From contig OZ210885.1 in NCBI GenBank assembly GCA_964658305.1, positions 25,420,001 to 25,484,000 on the forward strand: a DNA stretch of 64,000 nucleotides, written 5' to 3'. Shown here in pieces: positions 50,551 to 64,000 of the stretch (within the stretch, counting starts at the first letter, position 1; every line of letters begins with the position of its first letter). The notes beneath the pieces were generated by a model. The model made no database searches and had not been told where the DNA came from. It saw only the letters and a program-made list of their open reading frames with translations. Source of the stretch: Leptogorgia sarmentosa. Lineage: Eukaryota. Position numbers and translations under genes: made by a program.

Positions 50551-51849
50551 TCAGCCAATTTCGATTTCTTGTAATTTTCCTTGCACACTCTCAGAAATCG
50601 CTGTATGTAATGGCAATTTAAGTTCTTTACCATAATCCTCTACACTCACTAATGTGCAAGTTGCTGGCAATTCTTTATATTTTACAAAAACAAGTGTCTC
50701 TCTTGTAGCATTTGGTGTCGTGCGCATTTTTATCAATGCACCGTAATTCTCTTTCTCAAGCAATTCCAAAGTACTTAAAAACTCGCTATCACTTACTCCA
50801 CGGATATTTTGTGTAGCTGATTGCTTGAAACCACGCTTTGTCACAACAGGACCATGAAGCAGTAGTATTCCAGCTTTCATCTCATCCACAGTAGGTTGCA
50901 TTTTCTCTGATGCGATGGAACCACCTGTTAAAGAGTCGATGAACTAAATTGAAGATACAATACAAAATATGAAATAAAATCTATAATCCTTATACACCAT
51001 GTCCAACACTTAAGATACCCCCAAAGCTACCCTAACGCAACCCCAAAGCTACCCTAACCTTAACCAACCCTATCATTAACCCAACCCTGACTCTAACCTT
51101 AACCAAGCCTATCCCTATCCCTAACGTTAACACTAACCCTAAACCAACCGTAATGATGTTGAAGACATTTTCATATTGCACTACATTATCATTTATCTAC
51201 TCACCCCGATGATAATTTGTTTCTGCGAGTCTATGTAATGCAAAAGAAGAACGGATTTTTCCACGATATGCACATTTATTTCTTTTGCCAGTGCTCTTGG
51301 CTTTCTTCCGAATTAGGTGTGAAACAACATGCGTAAATACATGTACACAAACAGCCAGTCTTTGTATTAAGTCCACTCTCATGGACTTCGGGCAGGGAAA
51401 ACCTTGCACAATTGCTTCATAAGCTCAAACATTTAGAGGAAAACATCAGTGAAGGATTTCACCGGTATTTCTTCTAGGAAGCTTTTAACAGCTGTGGATT
51501 CATCTGGCGAAGGTCTAAGGCACACTGGAAACCAGAAGAGGAAATAATCTAATAGCCCATGTCCTTGCTTCATACGGCAAATCAATCGCACTGCAAATGG
51601 GACTTGGGTGCAACCAACAATTGCAAAAGGAAGATTCTCCAGGATTTCACAAGTTTCTTCCATAGCAAAACGAAACGAAGTGCGCTCGCCTGAGAACAGC
51701 TCACACAACATCTGAACCTCTCCAGACCTATTCTCCTCTTCATTTTTTAACATTTTGTTCAGGACATCGTACACTTCTGGCAAGACAATACCGGCCCTCT
51801 TTTGGTTGCATATGCACTTAACTAAAGCCGATGTGGTCACTAATCCCAA
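50551..51849 (-). pseudogene. DUF3987-like (P-loop/helicase-like) gene fragment, spliced
   Basis: PEVYDVL..MLCELFSGE..PFAIVGCTQ..GHGLLD.FLF; 5' end lost at a LINE fragment. Confidence 0.5.
51018..51150. repeat. Degenerate (TAACCC)n-like tract in an intron
   Basis: CCCTAACCTTAACC units. Confidence 0.7.
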
Positions 51850-51850
51850 A

Positions 51851-52045
51851 TTGGTTTTATTGCAGATGACCTGGTAATACTCTCCAAATCAAAATTAGGT
51901 CTCCAAAATTGCCTTGGCTGACTACACAAATGGCGTGAAAACTGGCTATTGCAAATAAATCCAAAAATTGTGATTTTTCAGAAATACAACTCTAGCAAAC
52001 AAACAAATATCCAATTTAATTAACATTGATGGCAAAATATTAGAA
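51851..52045 (+). pseudogene. Non-LTR retrotransposon RT fragment
   Basis: FIADDLVILSKSKLGLQNCLG*LHKWRENWLLQINPKIVIFQK. Confidence 0.7.
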
Positions 52046-52489
52046 TTCAAATATTAAAATTCAAAAACAAGAACATTTACACAATTCCATATAACCAACC
52101 ACAAACTACAAATCGAATAAGGTAGATGCCAAAGTTATCCCTCAAGAAAACAAATGAAAGTAAACAAAAATTACTGAAACACACAATGATTTCCAACAAT
52201 CCTGTAATCATTAATCTTCCGAATTTATCACCACATGTTTTGCTAACCGAGAACCATGTAATCATTAATCGTTTTTTCCGAATTTATCACCACATGTTTT
52301 GCTAACTGTCTCAGATCCATGGAACAAAACGCAGTGGGATAGATGGTCCAACTATGTGAACCGTTGGACTATTTATTCTATATGAAATTAATATAGACTA
52401 ATAGGTAATCTATTAGTATTCCCCATGTTCTGTTAGGTCCTCTGACCATTCTAGAGACTTACTTTAGGTCATTTTCGACCATCTTCATA

Positions 52490-53104
52490 GTTACTTCACG
52501 TTATTTCCGATAACATCGCATAATTTTTTTTATTATTTATTTCAAACAATTCAAGAGTTTTGATTGGTTAACAGCAGTGCATTAAATCTTCATATACGAC
52601 ATTATGACGTAATTATGTCGTATATTGAAAATTATACGACATTATGACGTCGACTAATTTATTCTGCATATGCCAAAAGCGGGAAAATAGTGGGAAATAC
52701 AAATGGCTTCCTCAAAGGAAAGGTTCTTCCAAACGTTTATATTGAGTTGAAATAAATTTGTTTGATTTAATTTTTGTTTAGCTATGTTGAATTGCTCTAA
52801 CTGCGACCTTGAAATGTACAACAGCTATAAGAACATTTTCTCTTGTAGTCTGATTGGCTTATTAAGTCTTGCGAACACTATATTATTGTTCTATTTCCAG
52901 TACCTTGCAATTGTGTGTTTTTGCAAGCGCTATATACAAATAAATAATAAAACAATTATTGAATTCGGTCCTCGTAGGATATGGGAATTATTCAGGCCTC
53001 GGTTTGTGTTATCTGGCTCAGCCTTAGGCTTCGGCAGATAACACAAACCTCAGCCTGAATAATTCCTCATATCCTTCTCAGCCTCATTCAATAATTGTTT
53101 AATA
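52490..53104. mobile_element. Non-autonomous element with ~155-bp terminal palindrome (Crypton-like)
   Basis: AAACAATTATTGAAT..GAATTATTCAGGC..GGTTTGTGTTATCTG mirrored by CAGATAACACAAACC..GCCTGAATAATTC..ATTCAATAATTGTTT. Confidence 0.6.
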
Positions 53105-53607
53105 TTCTAAAATAGGTAGAAACATTGGAATACCTGTAATTAGGTCATGCAAAATAAAGCTTTATTATAATATAATTAAAGTATTTTTAACAGTGCAGCA
53201 TTGCAAACCAATCACAGGATAGCATGCAAATTATCAACAATAAACATTCAATATTTGTTGACAGTCACCCGACAGTATATTTACATTTTATTAGCATGTA
53301 TGTATACACTGAATCGAATGCTTTATATGGTGGCAAGGTTTTGAGAATATTGATGTGGATAAAAATCAGTTGAGGAGCAAACCCAGGCTAAAATATATCA
53401 GTGAAAATTTTATCTGTTTGATAGAACAAATATGTGTTAAATCTTATATTGCTGTGGAAAGACTGCGACTTGCGATTTCAAAGCTAAAAAATGTTGAGTT
53501 CAATTCGTCTAGGACGTTATTGACAGTCGCAGAATACATAGTACACAGTTGTCCGTCAGATGGGTACAACATGTCTGGATTCATGTCATTCGATATTCTA
53601 GGGTAAA

Positions 53608-56600
53608 GTGAGACAAACGTAGGACAATGACGTAATGCTGTCTCAAAACAATTACGCAATTCAAACTTCTAAAAATAGTGGTGACAGGAAAGTAGAAGTG
53701 TGTAAGCGTGAACGTGACAGAGAAAGGAGTGAATTTTGTATTTTTGTTTATTTTTCAAATATATGTGGTTGTTATTAAATCTTGTGACAATGGAAGAAAG
53801 ACGTGAGAGACAAATACTTGCCTTGGGTCAACGAGATGAATAAATTATCGGAACTTCTTGGCTAAAAGACAAGCGATAATAACGGCTGAAGAAGTGCGCG
53901 ATAGAGAAATAATTCGACAGCAAGAGAGAGAAATCCTGGAAGAGAAGCTGCAAGCAGAGCTTAAACTTGCAGAGAAAAAGCTGGAAATGGAAAAGGCCGC
54001 GAGAGCAACTCAGGCCAAACTTCCCAAGTTGAAAATATCGCCATTCAATGGGACAGTAGCAGATTGGGTGCGTTTTGAAAACATGTTTGCTACGCAAGTT
54101 GATGCTAAGCCTATAAGCGATGAAGAAAAGTTCGGTTACTTACTGGAAATGGTCAATGGGAAAGTGAGGGAAAAAATCTCGAATCTTAAGCCGAGTTCAA
54201 CTGGTTACACTACTGCATGGGGATGTCTCAAAAGGGAATATGGTCAGACGAAATTGGTTGTAAACGCTCACATTGACGAGGTGGTGAACTTACCAACAGT
54301 GAAAGGATCATCCTATGAGAAGATTTTGGGTTTTTACGAAAGTTTGAGCAAGAATTATGATGCTTTGCAAACTCTTGGTGAGCATGAAAAACTAGACGGG
54401 TTCATGATGTGTACTATTAATAAGTTGCCCCATATAAAGCCGGACTTGGTAAGGGTCGACGAAGAGTGGGAAGAGTGGAAAATATCCGAGCTAATCGAAA
54501 GTCTACAAAAGTGGTTAAGAAGAAATAAAATCGAGGACAGTACTAGTAATTCCAAGCAGACAGCAGACCCAAGGAGAAGGAAAGAAAGTAGTTTGTTTAC
54601 CAGAGGAGATACCGACAACAATAAAGGTAAAAGGTCTCCTTGTTGCATATTCTGTAAATCTGAACACTGGAGTGATATGTGTAAGTCCTGTGTCACTACA
54701 GCCCAAAGGAAGACGTATTTCAGTGAAAACAAGTTGTGTTTTAATTGCGGAAGCCCAGGACACAGGGCCAGGCAATGTCGAAGCCGAGGATGCTATCATT
54801 GTGGGGAGAAACACCATACTAGTCTGCATGATCCGAAAAACACGAAAGGCAGTAATACATTACTCACCGGTTATTCAACTGCAAAAGAAGAAGTTACCTT
54901 ACCATCTATAATACCAGTTAAAGTTCAAGGTGAAGTTTTTTGGGCCTTCCTGGACACTGGATCGGGAAAGAATTTCATTTCCAAGAATGCAACCAAGAAA
55001 CTTCAAATATCACCAGCAAGACAGGAAGCAAAAGATATCATAACAGTCAACGGAACCAAACAGCAGGTTATGCCTATTTACAGTCTCACAATTGAGTCGC
55101 TAGATGGTACAGCCAGAGAGGACATAGAAATAGCTGGATCAACAATGCAAGATTTCACTACTGTCAAAAGACCGGATATAAATAAACTCAAGTGGAATTA
55201 CGAACATACAAAGGTTAAGAGGTTTTACATGACAACGAATGGGGAGAATCCTATACATATGATCTTGGGCGACAGCACATTCTGCAAGATAAAGACGGAA
55301 GAGATTTACAAAGGGAACGCCGGAGAGCCCATTGTGGAAGGTACTTCGTTTGGTTGGCTTATTCATGGTGGAGATATTGCGACCGATGTATGTATGTTTA
55401 CGAGAGAATCGAGCGACTACGAGAAATTGTACACACTAGATGTACTGGGAGTCGAAGGCAGAGGGGAAAATGATCAATTCAAACAATTCAAGAGTTTTGA
55501 TTGGTTAACAGCAGTGCATTAAATCTTCATATACGACATTATGACGTAATTATGTCGTATATTGAAAATTATACGACATTATGACGTCGACTAATTTATT
55601 CTGCATATGCCAAAAGCGGGAAAATAGTGGGAAATACAAATGGCTTCCTCAAAAGACGGAAGAGATTTACAAAGGGAACGCCGGAGAGCCCATTGTGGAA
55701 GGTACTTCGTTTGGTTGGCTTATTCATGGTGGAGATATTGCGACCGATGTATGTATGTTTACGAGAGAATCGAGCGACTACGAGAAATTGTACACACTAG
55801 ATGTACTGGGAGTCGAAGGCAGAGGGGAAAATGATCAATTGGATGTTTGTAAGGAGTTTAAAGAGAACATTATTCGCACGGATGATGGTAGATATGAAGT
55901 TAATGTGCTGTGGATTCCAGGGCAATACTTACCAAGCAACAATCTAGAGTCAAGTCGAAAGCGATTGGTTAACGTATACAAGAAGATTAATCGGGAGGAA
56001 AAGTTAAGGCAGGATTACGAAGAGATTATCGAGAAGCAGCTAGAGTCGGGTATAATAGAAGCTGCACCTGAAAAACCGACTGGAGAAAGAGTGTACTATA
56101 TGCCCCACAAGCCCGTGGTAAGAGAAGAAGCAACAAGTACAAAAGTAAGGATGGTGTTCGATGCCAGCGCGAAGCCGAACCCAACTTCCAACAGCGTGAA
56201 TGATTGCATGTTCACGGGCCCACCACTCCAACCATTACTCTGGGATATCTTAATACGAGCGCGAATGGCTCCGCAACTGATTCTCGCGGACATACAGAAG
56301 GCTTTCTTACAAATCGGATTGAAAGAAGAAGACAGAGACGCGTTTAGATTTCTGTTTAATGTCAATGGAATCGAGGAACATTTTAGATTTACAAGAATAC
56401 CATTTGGAGTCGAGTCAAGTCCATTTATGCTAGGGGCGACAGTTCAGCATCATTTAGACCTTCAACCAACAAAAGTCGAAGAAACGGTAAACGCTTTGAA
56501 AAATAACACATACGTTGACAATATTATGCAAACTGGTAGTGACGTATCCGAACTAGAGAGGTTCAAGTTGGAGGCCACAGAGATCTTGGAAAGTGCCAAA

Positions 56601-59092
56601 CTACCCTTACATAAGTGGGAATCCAACGTTGAAGGGTTAGAGAGCGAAAACATGCCCAATCCATCTAAGATTCTTGGCCTTACATGGGATAAGAAAGAGG
56701 ACGTAATGTATATCTTGGTGCCTGAATATACACAAGAAACTAAAGTTACGAAGAAATCAATTGTAAGCCACCTTGGAAAAGTTTACGATCCGCTGGGCAT
56801 AGTTTCACCAACGATGGCAGAGGGAAAGAGAATTTATCGTGAAGCGTGTGATGAAACAAAGAGTTGGGACGCCGAAGTATCGCTACCTTTGAGACACGAT
56901 TGGTTAAAATGGACGAAACAATTACGAAATGTAAAAATTCCAAGAAGCATAACGAAAGGGGTTCGAAAAATCAAAGAGATCCATCTCCACATTTTCGCTG
57001 ACGCAAGCGCTGTAGCGTGTTCATGTGCAACTATAGCGGTGGTTGATCATTCTACGGGAACTGTGAGAGGCCTGTTGACAGCTAAAGCAAGAATTTCCAA
57101 GAGAAACACGTCGATCCCAAGATTAGAGCTAATTAGTGGACAAATGGCTGCAAACATGGCGAAGAATGTGTGTCAAGCATTGAAACAGCTACCCATCGTT
57201 TCGGTGACTGTGTGGATGGACAGCATCGTAGCATTGTTTTGGATATTGAATCCAGCCAAACCATGGAAGACATTTGTGGCCAACCGAGTGAAGAAAATGG
57301 CAGCCATAACGAGTGATCTGAATATCAACTGGAAATATTGCCCGTCGAAAGAAAATGTAGCTGATCTGGGTAGTAGAGGAGCAAGCATCAATCGAATGGA
57401 TTGTAATGGATGGTTTCACGGTCCAGACTGGCTGATAGACGAAGAGAAACAGCCGGAACAACCAAAGCTCAACAGCACCAAAGACGTAAACGTGGAAAGT
57501 AAACCCTTGAAAGAAGTAGTGTTTCAGGTGGTACACAAAGAAGCAGATGAATGGGATTTATTAGAAAGAAGCTCGTACTGGAGAACATTGCGAGTTACGG
57601 CCTGGTGTTCCAGATTTAAGTACAACTGTCTAGCCAAGGGACAGAAGTTGATGCGAAAGAAAGGACCACTTCAGACGAAGGAAATCGAGAACGCTAGGAA
57701 TAAATGGGTAAAGCGAGTTCAAGATGAAGCTCCCAAAAAGTTGGAGAGTCCAGGATGGAAATTCGTGGCAAAACCGTTCACGGCTACAGCAACGGCTCAG
57801 CTACCAGAATTCCGCACAACTCCCGGGCGACCGTTTGAAACCACGGGGGTGGATTTTGCCGGTCCACTCATTTACAAAGCAACGAAGAAAGAAGAGGCAA
57901 AATGTTACATAATTATTTTCACGTGTGCGACATCGCGAGCGGTTCATTTGGAACTGGCTAAATCGCAAACTGCAGAAGAGTTTCAAGCGAAGTTGAACTC
58001 ATTTATTACAAGGAAAACGAGACCAAGACGTATCATATCAGATAATGCTACTACGTTCATTGCAACTGCGAAATGGATAAAACTAATCAGAAAAAGTGAG
58101 CGGCTACACGATTACTTGGCTAATCAGGATATAAATTGGACATTCAATTTAGCGAAGTCCCCATGGTGGGGAGGACTCTATGAGCGGTTGATTAAAGAAA
58201 TTAAAACAACACTTTACAAGACATTGGGAAAGACACATCTGTTCTATGACCAATTGGAGACAGTGATAATGGATATCGATCGGCATTTAAATAATCGTCC
58301 ACTTACATACGTAGAAAGCGGTCAAGAAGAAGAGCAAATCCTAACTCCTAATACAATTCTCTGGGGACAAGACTCCTATGCGTTGGGAGAGTTAGACGAA
58401 ATGGAAATTGACGAAGTGAGCAGATTGCACAAGCGCCTTGCCCTGGCGAGACAACATGCATGGTCAAGATGGCAAAATGAGTATATTCACGGGCTAATGG
58501 AATATCATCGAATGAATAAGAATACATCACCAGTACCAGAAATAGGCGAGATTGTATTGATAGTTGGGGAGGAAAAGAACAAAGGTCGGTGGATGAAAGG
58601 AAAAGTGGTTAAGCATGTGAAAGGAAAGGACGGTGTCGTTAGAGGGGTGATTATTCTTCATAAGGGTAACTACTTGGAACGCCCAATTCAACTGGTATGT
58701 CCACTGGAAATTAGAAGCGTGGTAATAGAAGATCATGATGGAAATCACAACGCAAGTACAAAGGAAGGTGATAGTGAGGAATTGATGAAAAGACCTGAAC
58801 GAAAAGCGGCAAGAATCGCTAAGGAAAATATGAAAGAACAATTGAAGGATGACTAAGAAACATTAATATTAGTTGGTGTAAAAATTTATAATTCGTTAAA
58901 ATTTGTTAGGGGAGTGTGAGACAAACGTAGGACAATGACGTAATGCTGTCTCAAAACAATTATGCAATTCAAACTTCTAAAAATAGTGGTGACAGGAAAG
59001 AAGTGTGTAAGTGTGAACGTGACAGAGAAAGGAGTGAATTTTGTATTTTTGTTTATTTTTCAAATATATGTGGTTGTTATTAAATCTTGTGA
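53608..59092 (+). mobile_element. BEL/Pao LTR retrotransposon
   Basis: Matching LTR segments ~53608-53787 and 58915-59092; GGGGAG purine tract; exact LTR 3' end and TSD not resolved. Confidence 0.9.
53858..58856 (+). pseudogene. BEL/Pao gag-pol, broken by a duplication/insertion; integrase Zn finger deleted
   Basis: LPKLKISPFNG, three Cys-His knuckles, [57 protein letters not shown]. Confidence 0.92.
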
Positions 59093-59554
59093 GGGTTGTA
59101 TATCGGGGACAACTTCGGTATAAAAGCAAGGTAATTAAACTTGAAACTGGGCTTTTATTATATTTTGTTATTTTTTGCATAAAATGTGATCTGTTTAGAG
59201 ACTAATTTTATGACAGAATTCTGTGCTCAGAACGCAAGAAATGGTAATTCCGAGGTTCAAATTTTGAAAATTTATCGACGAAGAATGGCCTTGAACCCTC
59301 TAAGTTTGTGAGTTTCAGGCATGGCCAGATTTTAGGCTGTATCTGCGCCTGCTTATCTTTAAATGGCACGATTATGAGCTTGTCTAGCTTAGCACTTTGT
59401 TGCTCAAATTTAAACCTGTTCTTGGTATAAGCCCATGTTACGAGTCACAAAATATATGAATATATTAAATATGACTTAGAACTATATAATTATATACATA
59501 TAGTAAATATGGCGGAATATATACAATGTATGTAGTGAAAAGATAGACATGGTC

Positions 59555-59657
59555 CATGTTTCTATGCTTCTATTATTCTATGATTCTATGCTTCTATGCT
59601 GCTCTGCTTCTGTTTCTATGCTTCCATGCTTCTATGACTCCATGTATCTATGCTTCA
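59555..59657. repeat. Degenerate 8-mer tandem repeat (TCTATGCT)
   Basis: Directly visible. Confidence 0.8.
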
Positions 59658-59698
59658 GTGTTTGTTATTCGCTTTAAATCATGGTCTATATCCATATA

Positions 59699-59860
59699 CC
59701 GGGTGGCCCAAAAAAAAGTACTCATCTTTGATTCAGTGTAACTTAAAAAGTAAAAGAGTTGTGACACTGAAACAATAGGCATTGTATTCAGTAATGTCTA
59801 ACTTAAATTTTCGTATATACCATGAGGGTGAGCGTTAGATCATATCGAACAAATGTACAT
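59699..59860. mobile_element. One arm of a related Tc1/mariner-type MITE
   Basis: TA-CCGGGTGGCCCAAAAAAAAGTAC start, similar to 60877. Confidence 0.5.
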
Positions 59861-60289
59861 GACGTCAGAATATTAATTTCACCATTAATTCATAAAAGAA
59901 TTACAACTTCCGCTAAATTATTTTCGCTTCCTTTGGGCATTTTGTCGCTGACTTCCGTTTCCTTTCGATTTATTTTCGAGTGCTTCGATTAATTGTCATG
60001 AGTTTGGAATAAAATTTTAGAATCTTTGTATTAGTGGCTGTTCATTTTATTGCGTGAGTATTTTGAGAAACAATGCGTACGTTTAGTTTCAATTTTGTGT
60101 CTTTTGTTATTTTTTCTATGCCATTCAATGTTATGAATATGCATGCTTGAATATTAATTTGTGCGGTTCAATTTTATTTCGAGAGTTACAACCTATTATG
60201 ATGTTCGATATGAATGTTAATATATAACTATTTTTGACCGGAACGGAACGCCATAGGTGTGCTGACCTCAACCAAAAACAGATAATTCA

Positions 60290-60830
60290 ACAGCTGAATA
60301 TAAGTCCACTGCGGTTGACTGGTCAATGTTTGCCGAGAGGTTTGTTTATCAAGTATTGAGCAATGTAATGAGAAAAGTGGTGGTGTGGACAAAAGAGTAC
60401 AAATCGATGAAACAAAAGTTGGAAAGCACAAATACCACCGGGGCCATTTTGTCGAAGGTCAGTAGGATTGAGGAAAACTCTAGAAAATGCTTTATCGTTC
60501 CAGTAGAAGATAGATCTGAGAAAACTCTTGTTGCTCTTGTGCAGCAGTGGATCTTACCACAAACAACAATCATATCGGACTGCTGGAATGGATATATAAA
60601 CCTCCAAGATTACGGATACTACCATAAAACAATCAAACCATTCAAACGAATTTGTAAATGCTGATGGCGACCACACAAATAAAGTTGAGGGCCACTGGTG
60701 CCAATTGAAAGCAAACCTACCAACACATGAACACAAGAAAGATCATTATGCATCATATTTTGCCGAATGTGTGTGGAAATACAGGCATCATAATAAAAAC
60801 ATGTTTTCGGCTTTTCCTTGAGGATGTCAA
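60290..60830 (+). pseudogene. Merlin (IS1595/ISXO2-like) transposase fragment
   Basis: VQIDETKVGKHKYHRG, VPVEDRSEKTL, TTIISDCWNGY, HTNKVEGHW across frames. Confidence 0.85.
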
Positions 60831-60876
60831 AAAATATACAACCCCTGCAATACATGAGCAGTATCCTGCCCAACTA

Positions 60877-61707
60877 CCGGGTGGCGCAAAAAAAAAGTAT
60901 AACTGTTTGATTACTTATAACTCAAAAACCATACGCAGTAGAAACCTAAATGGAGTTTCATTGCATCCAGCGATGTCTAACTTAAATTTTGGTATATTCG
61001 ACAGGCATTTTCGTCCAAGATTGACTGAGATATGAGAGTTTAAACTTTTGCTAACAATTTTGAAACCTTCACGAATTAGCTAAAAACGGCCTATTAAATA
61101 TTAATACAGCATTAACGACATATAAAGAGATGTACCGTGTTCCAGATCGTGTAAAACAAACGTCTATTCATTAGGAAATGCATGTCCCCAAGCACGAATG
61201 CAGCGTCTTGCCAACTCTTTGGTCCTTCATTAAACGAGGCATAATTATTACTTAGAAGCATACGAGGTGACATTTGCATTTTAGAATTCAGCTTCCCTTT
61301 GGACGTCGAATTAAAATTTAGAAGAAAACTTTTAATCAACCTTGCCTTGTAGCTCAATTTTTGTGTTGCCGAACAGCAAACAAAAACGAGAAAGCATCTC
61401 TGTTACACAGAAGATGAAATTTGCACTTCAACTACGTTTGTTAAAACACTGCTTATGATAAAATAGTGACGCGGTTATAAAATCAGTTTAATAGGCCGTT
61501 TTTAGCTAATTTGTGAAGGTTTCAAAATTGTTAACAAAAGTTTAAACTCTCATATCTCAGTCAATCTTGGACGAAAATGCCTGTCGAATATACCAAAATT
61601 TAAGTTAGACATCGCTGGGTGCAATGAAACTCCATTGAGGGTACTACCGCGTATGGTTTTTGAGTTATAAGTAATCAAACAGTTATACTTTTTTTTGCGC
61701 CATCCGG
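60877..61707. mobile_element. Complete Tc1/mariner-type MITE, 831 bp, ~220-bp TIRs
   Basis: TA TSD both sides; CCGGGTGGCGC / GCGCCATCCGG termini. Confidence 0.9.
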
Positions 61708-62465
61708 TACAACATACTGTCATTAATCTCTCTATTATGTAAACTCCCTCTCAAATAGCCCGCAATGCAATGGACGCTCCTATTACATCACCTTGTGAGT
61801 AACCTTGTAATTCTTGTAAACATGCCCTCATTATTAATGAACACTGATTTTTGAAAATAATTTGTTTTTCTCCAAGAAGTAAATGTGCTACTCTCAACAA
61901 TAATTACATAAGCCCTCCTCTATTAGTTAACAAAATAAATGCAAACCCACTTAATATTCAAGGAAATGCAGTTTGTTGTGAAGTCCTAAATGGTATTACG
62001 TGTTGTGTTTATTTTGCGACACCCTGTATTATAAACCCCCACCCTTCAACAGTCCTGAAAACCCTGTGGATTACCTACAGTGGCAGAGATTCCTGTAATT
62101 AAGGTTATAATTTAGGCTATTTTGTATAATATCGATAATCACCATCGTATACATAAGTATAATCATTATACTTACGTATGTGATGTCAAATTCAAATATG
62201 TAGCCATGTCGCCACATTGCCACATAGCCGGGGGATACAAAGTAATGGCTTGAGGTTGAGGGGTATTCTATAATTGTACCCTAATTTCAAGGGAAGGGAA
62301 TTCAGAGTCTTGTTCAATACTTCTGACTTACATCATGTTATCAAAGTGTTTGCATCCCATTTGACGTAAAGGGTGTTCAATGTAATTGAAGAGTGGATTT
62401 GTCAAATAGATTATTTAATGTATCAAAACGGAATGACAATTTCCAAAGCCGAATTGACAAGGATG

Positions 62466-62600
62466 AGGCAAGAGAACAAAGGGCTGATAGAAAGAATGGG
62501 TCTTCAGAAGCAAGAGAACAAAGGGCAAATAGAAAGAATGAGTTTTTGGAGCCAAAGGAGAAAAGGCTGGCTGAACAAAGATCTGACAGGAAGAACGATT
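62466..62600. repeat. 42-bp tandem repeat (2-3 copies) within short ORFs
   Basis: GCAAGAGAACAAAGGGC..ATAGAAAGAATG repeated. Confidence 0.6.
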
Positions 62601-63027
62601 GTACTGAAAAAAAGAGAAAAAAGATTAGCCAAACAAAGATTTTATAGACAGTTGGCAAGAGAAATGAAAGAATCGTCAAAAACTATGAACTCAAAAAGTC
62701 TGGTTAGGCCAGCCAGTGTAGATATGTACAGCTGTATATTTACAGGTCCACTGCATGTATATGTTGTTGTGAGCAGTTGTGGTAAAAACAGGGCCGTAGC
62801 GAGTGGGTAAGGATTGGCAGGGGTGTGCAGGGTTAATTTGCCGAGTGATGTTAGTGCAATTTGCCTACTTTTTCTATTAAATGTTTTTTATCGAGTCTTT
62901 GTTACATTGTGATCGTTATCGGTATACTGAGTCTTCATTTTACAGTTGTATTATATCTGTTCAAATGTTTACTCTAGGTAATAAGTTGAAAGCAATATTT
63001 TTATATTCGAATGTAAGTTTAGGATAT

Positions 63028-63250
63028 ACAGGGTGTATAAAAAAACGCAATCCTATGTTCAAATACAATTTTCATAATGAAAGGAAATAGAAAATAGGGT
63101 ATATTTACCACCGTTAGAAAGCTCTATCATTCCGCTTTCTTAAGACTGCTTGTTTGTTAAATTTGAGCAAGTAATGTTATTTTTAGTAAGTGTGATTGGA
63201 CAATTTAAAATTTGACATAGCTTGAATTTTATTAAAAATTTAACTTTAGT
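63028..63250. mobile_element. Mariner-like arm
   Basis: TA-CAGGGTGTATAAAAAA terminus; a similar single arm ends near 19373. Confidence 0.45.
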
Positions 63251-63299
63251 TGGTTACAATCATTCAACGTGGCCTGGCTTTCTCAGCAAACACAAATCA

Positions 63300-64000
63300 C
63301 TTCGACGTTGCATTTCCCGTGCAACTCTTCTTATTAGTTCATGATTTCCACGTAAAGCATCTGCTTCAAGCTGTATCTGCCTGTATTTATGTACGTTATG
63401 CCAAACGGTCGTCGAATTTGGGACTTATCGATCCGGGAGAGCTATTCAAAACAAACTTAAAACTTCCCGAATACTTTTTGTTACAAAGTAACCTTCAACA
63501 ATAAAAGTTATTTCTGCTGTAGTGAGCTGTGGCATGATGCCTAAGACTTTAAAATTATTTCACGAAAATATTTCAAACAAAATATTTGCATGCAACGATA
63601 ACATCCCCCTTGGAATTAAGAACGTCGAATTCGAAACATCTAAAAATGATTGCGTAGTTTGTTCTTCACAAATTTCAGTTGCATTGTGTAAGCATCAACC
63701 TGATTATCGAGTGGGAGGGCTTTAACAGCTAATGCGTCAGGTGATTGTGAAGGTGGAAATAATGAAACAGCAGAGTTCTTTCAGATACATCAATTGGTGG
63801 TGTCAAACACTTCAACAAACTTAAACGGCCCTTCTGGCATTGTGAGAACATCAAGGACTTTGTGAAATTGGTTTCTGTAGTAGGTTTGAAGTGAAAACAC
63901 AGTGGTTGTGTGTGCTTGCTCGTCGACATGTCTGGGCGCTTTTCTAGGGCGATGATAACCGTTGAAATCTGCCTCAGCATCAATTTTCGATGTTGCCGGC
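63300..64000 (-). pseudogene. Possible highly decayed hAT transposase C-terminus
   Basis: YYRNQFHKVLDVL and weak dimerisation-domain-like remnants. Confidence 0.3.

Noticed and set aside
51018..51150. Telomere or chromosome-fusion scar
   Set aside because: Short, degenerate, intronic, single orientation
62373..62810. Protein-coding gene
   Set aside because: Open frames arise from a purine-rich 42-bp repeat; no recognisable domain

Overview
AT-rich eukaryotic (animal; cnidarian-like by inference) DNA made almost entirely of nested transposable elements, with no clear host gene. The main result is a set of IS3EU-type DNA transposons that pair an integrase-like DDE transposase with a convergent, spliced HECT E3 ubiquitin-ligase gene. 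One copy (6517-13153) looks intact: perfect GAAGTG 6-bp TSD, ~190-bp TIRs, an uninterrupted ~506-aa transposase and a 10-exon, 798-aa HECT gene that I could splice in frame by hand. A decayed copy (27346-35916) and a window-truncated copy (<1-1583) from different families share the architecture and an exact terminal signature, TATG-N15-CAAAATT. A fourth, divergent IS3EU-like transposase fragment lies at 25911-26601. Other content: a MULE/SWIM transposase pseudogene, two hAT elements, a Harbinger, an EnSpm remnant, two Gypsy elements, a BEL/Pao, a DIRS interrupted by a second tyrosine-recombinase retroelement, a Helitron-like insert, Merlin and LINE fragments, and several MITEs. Family assignments come from motif recognition; no database search was run.
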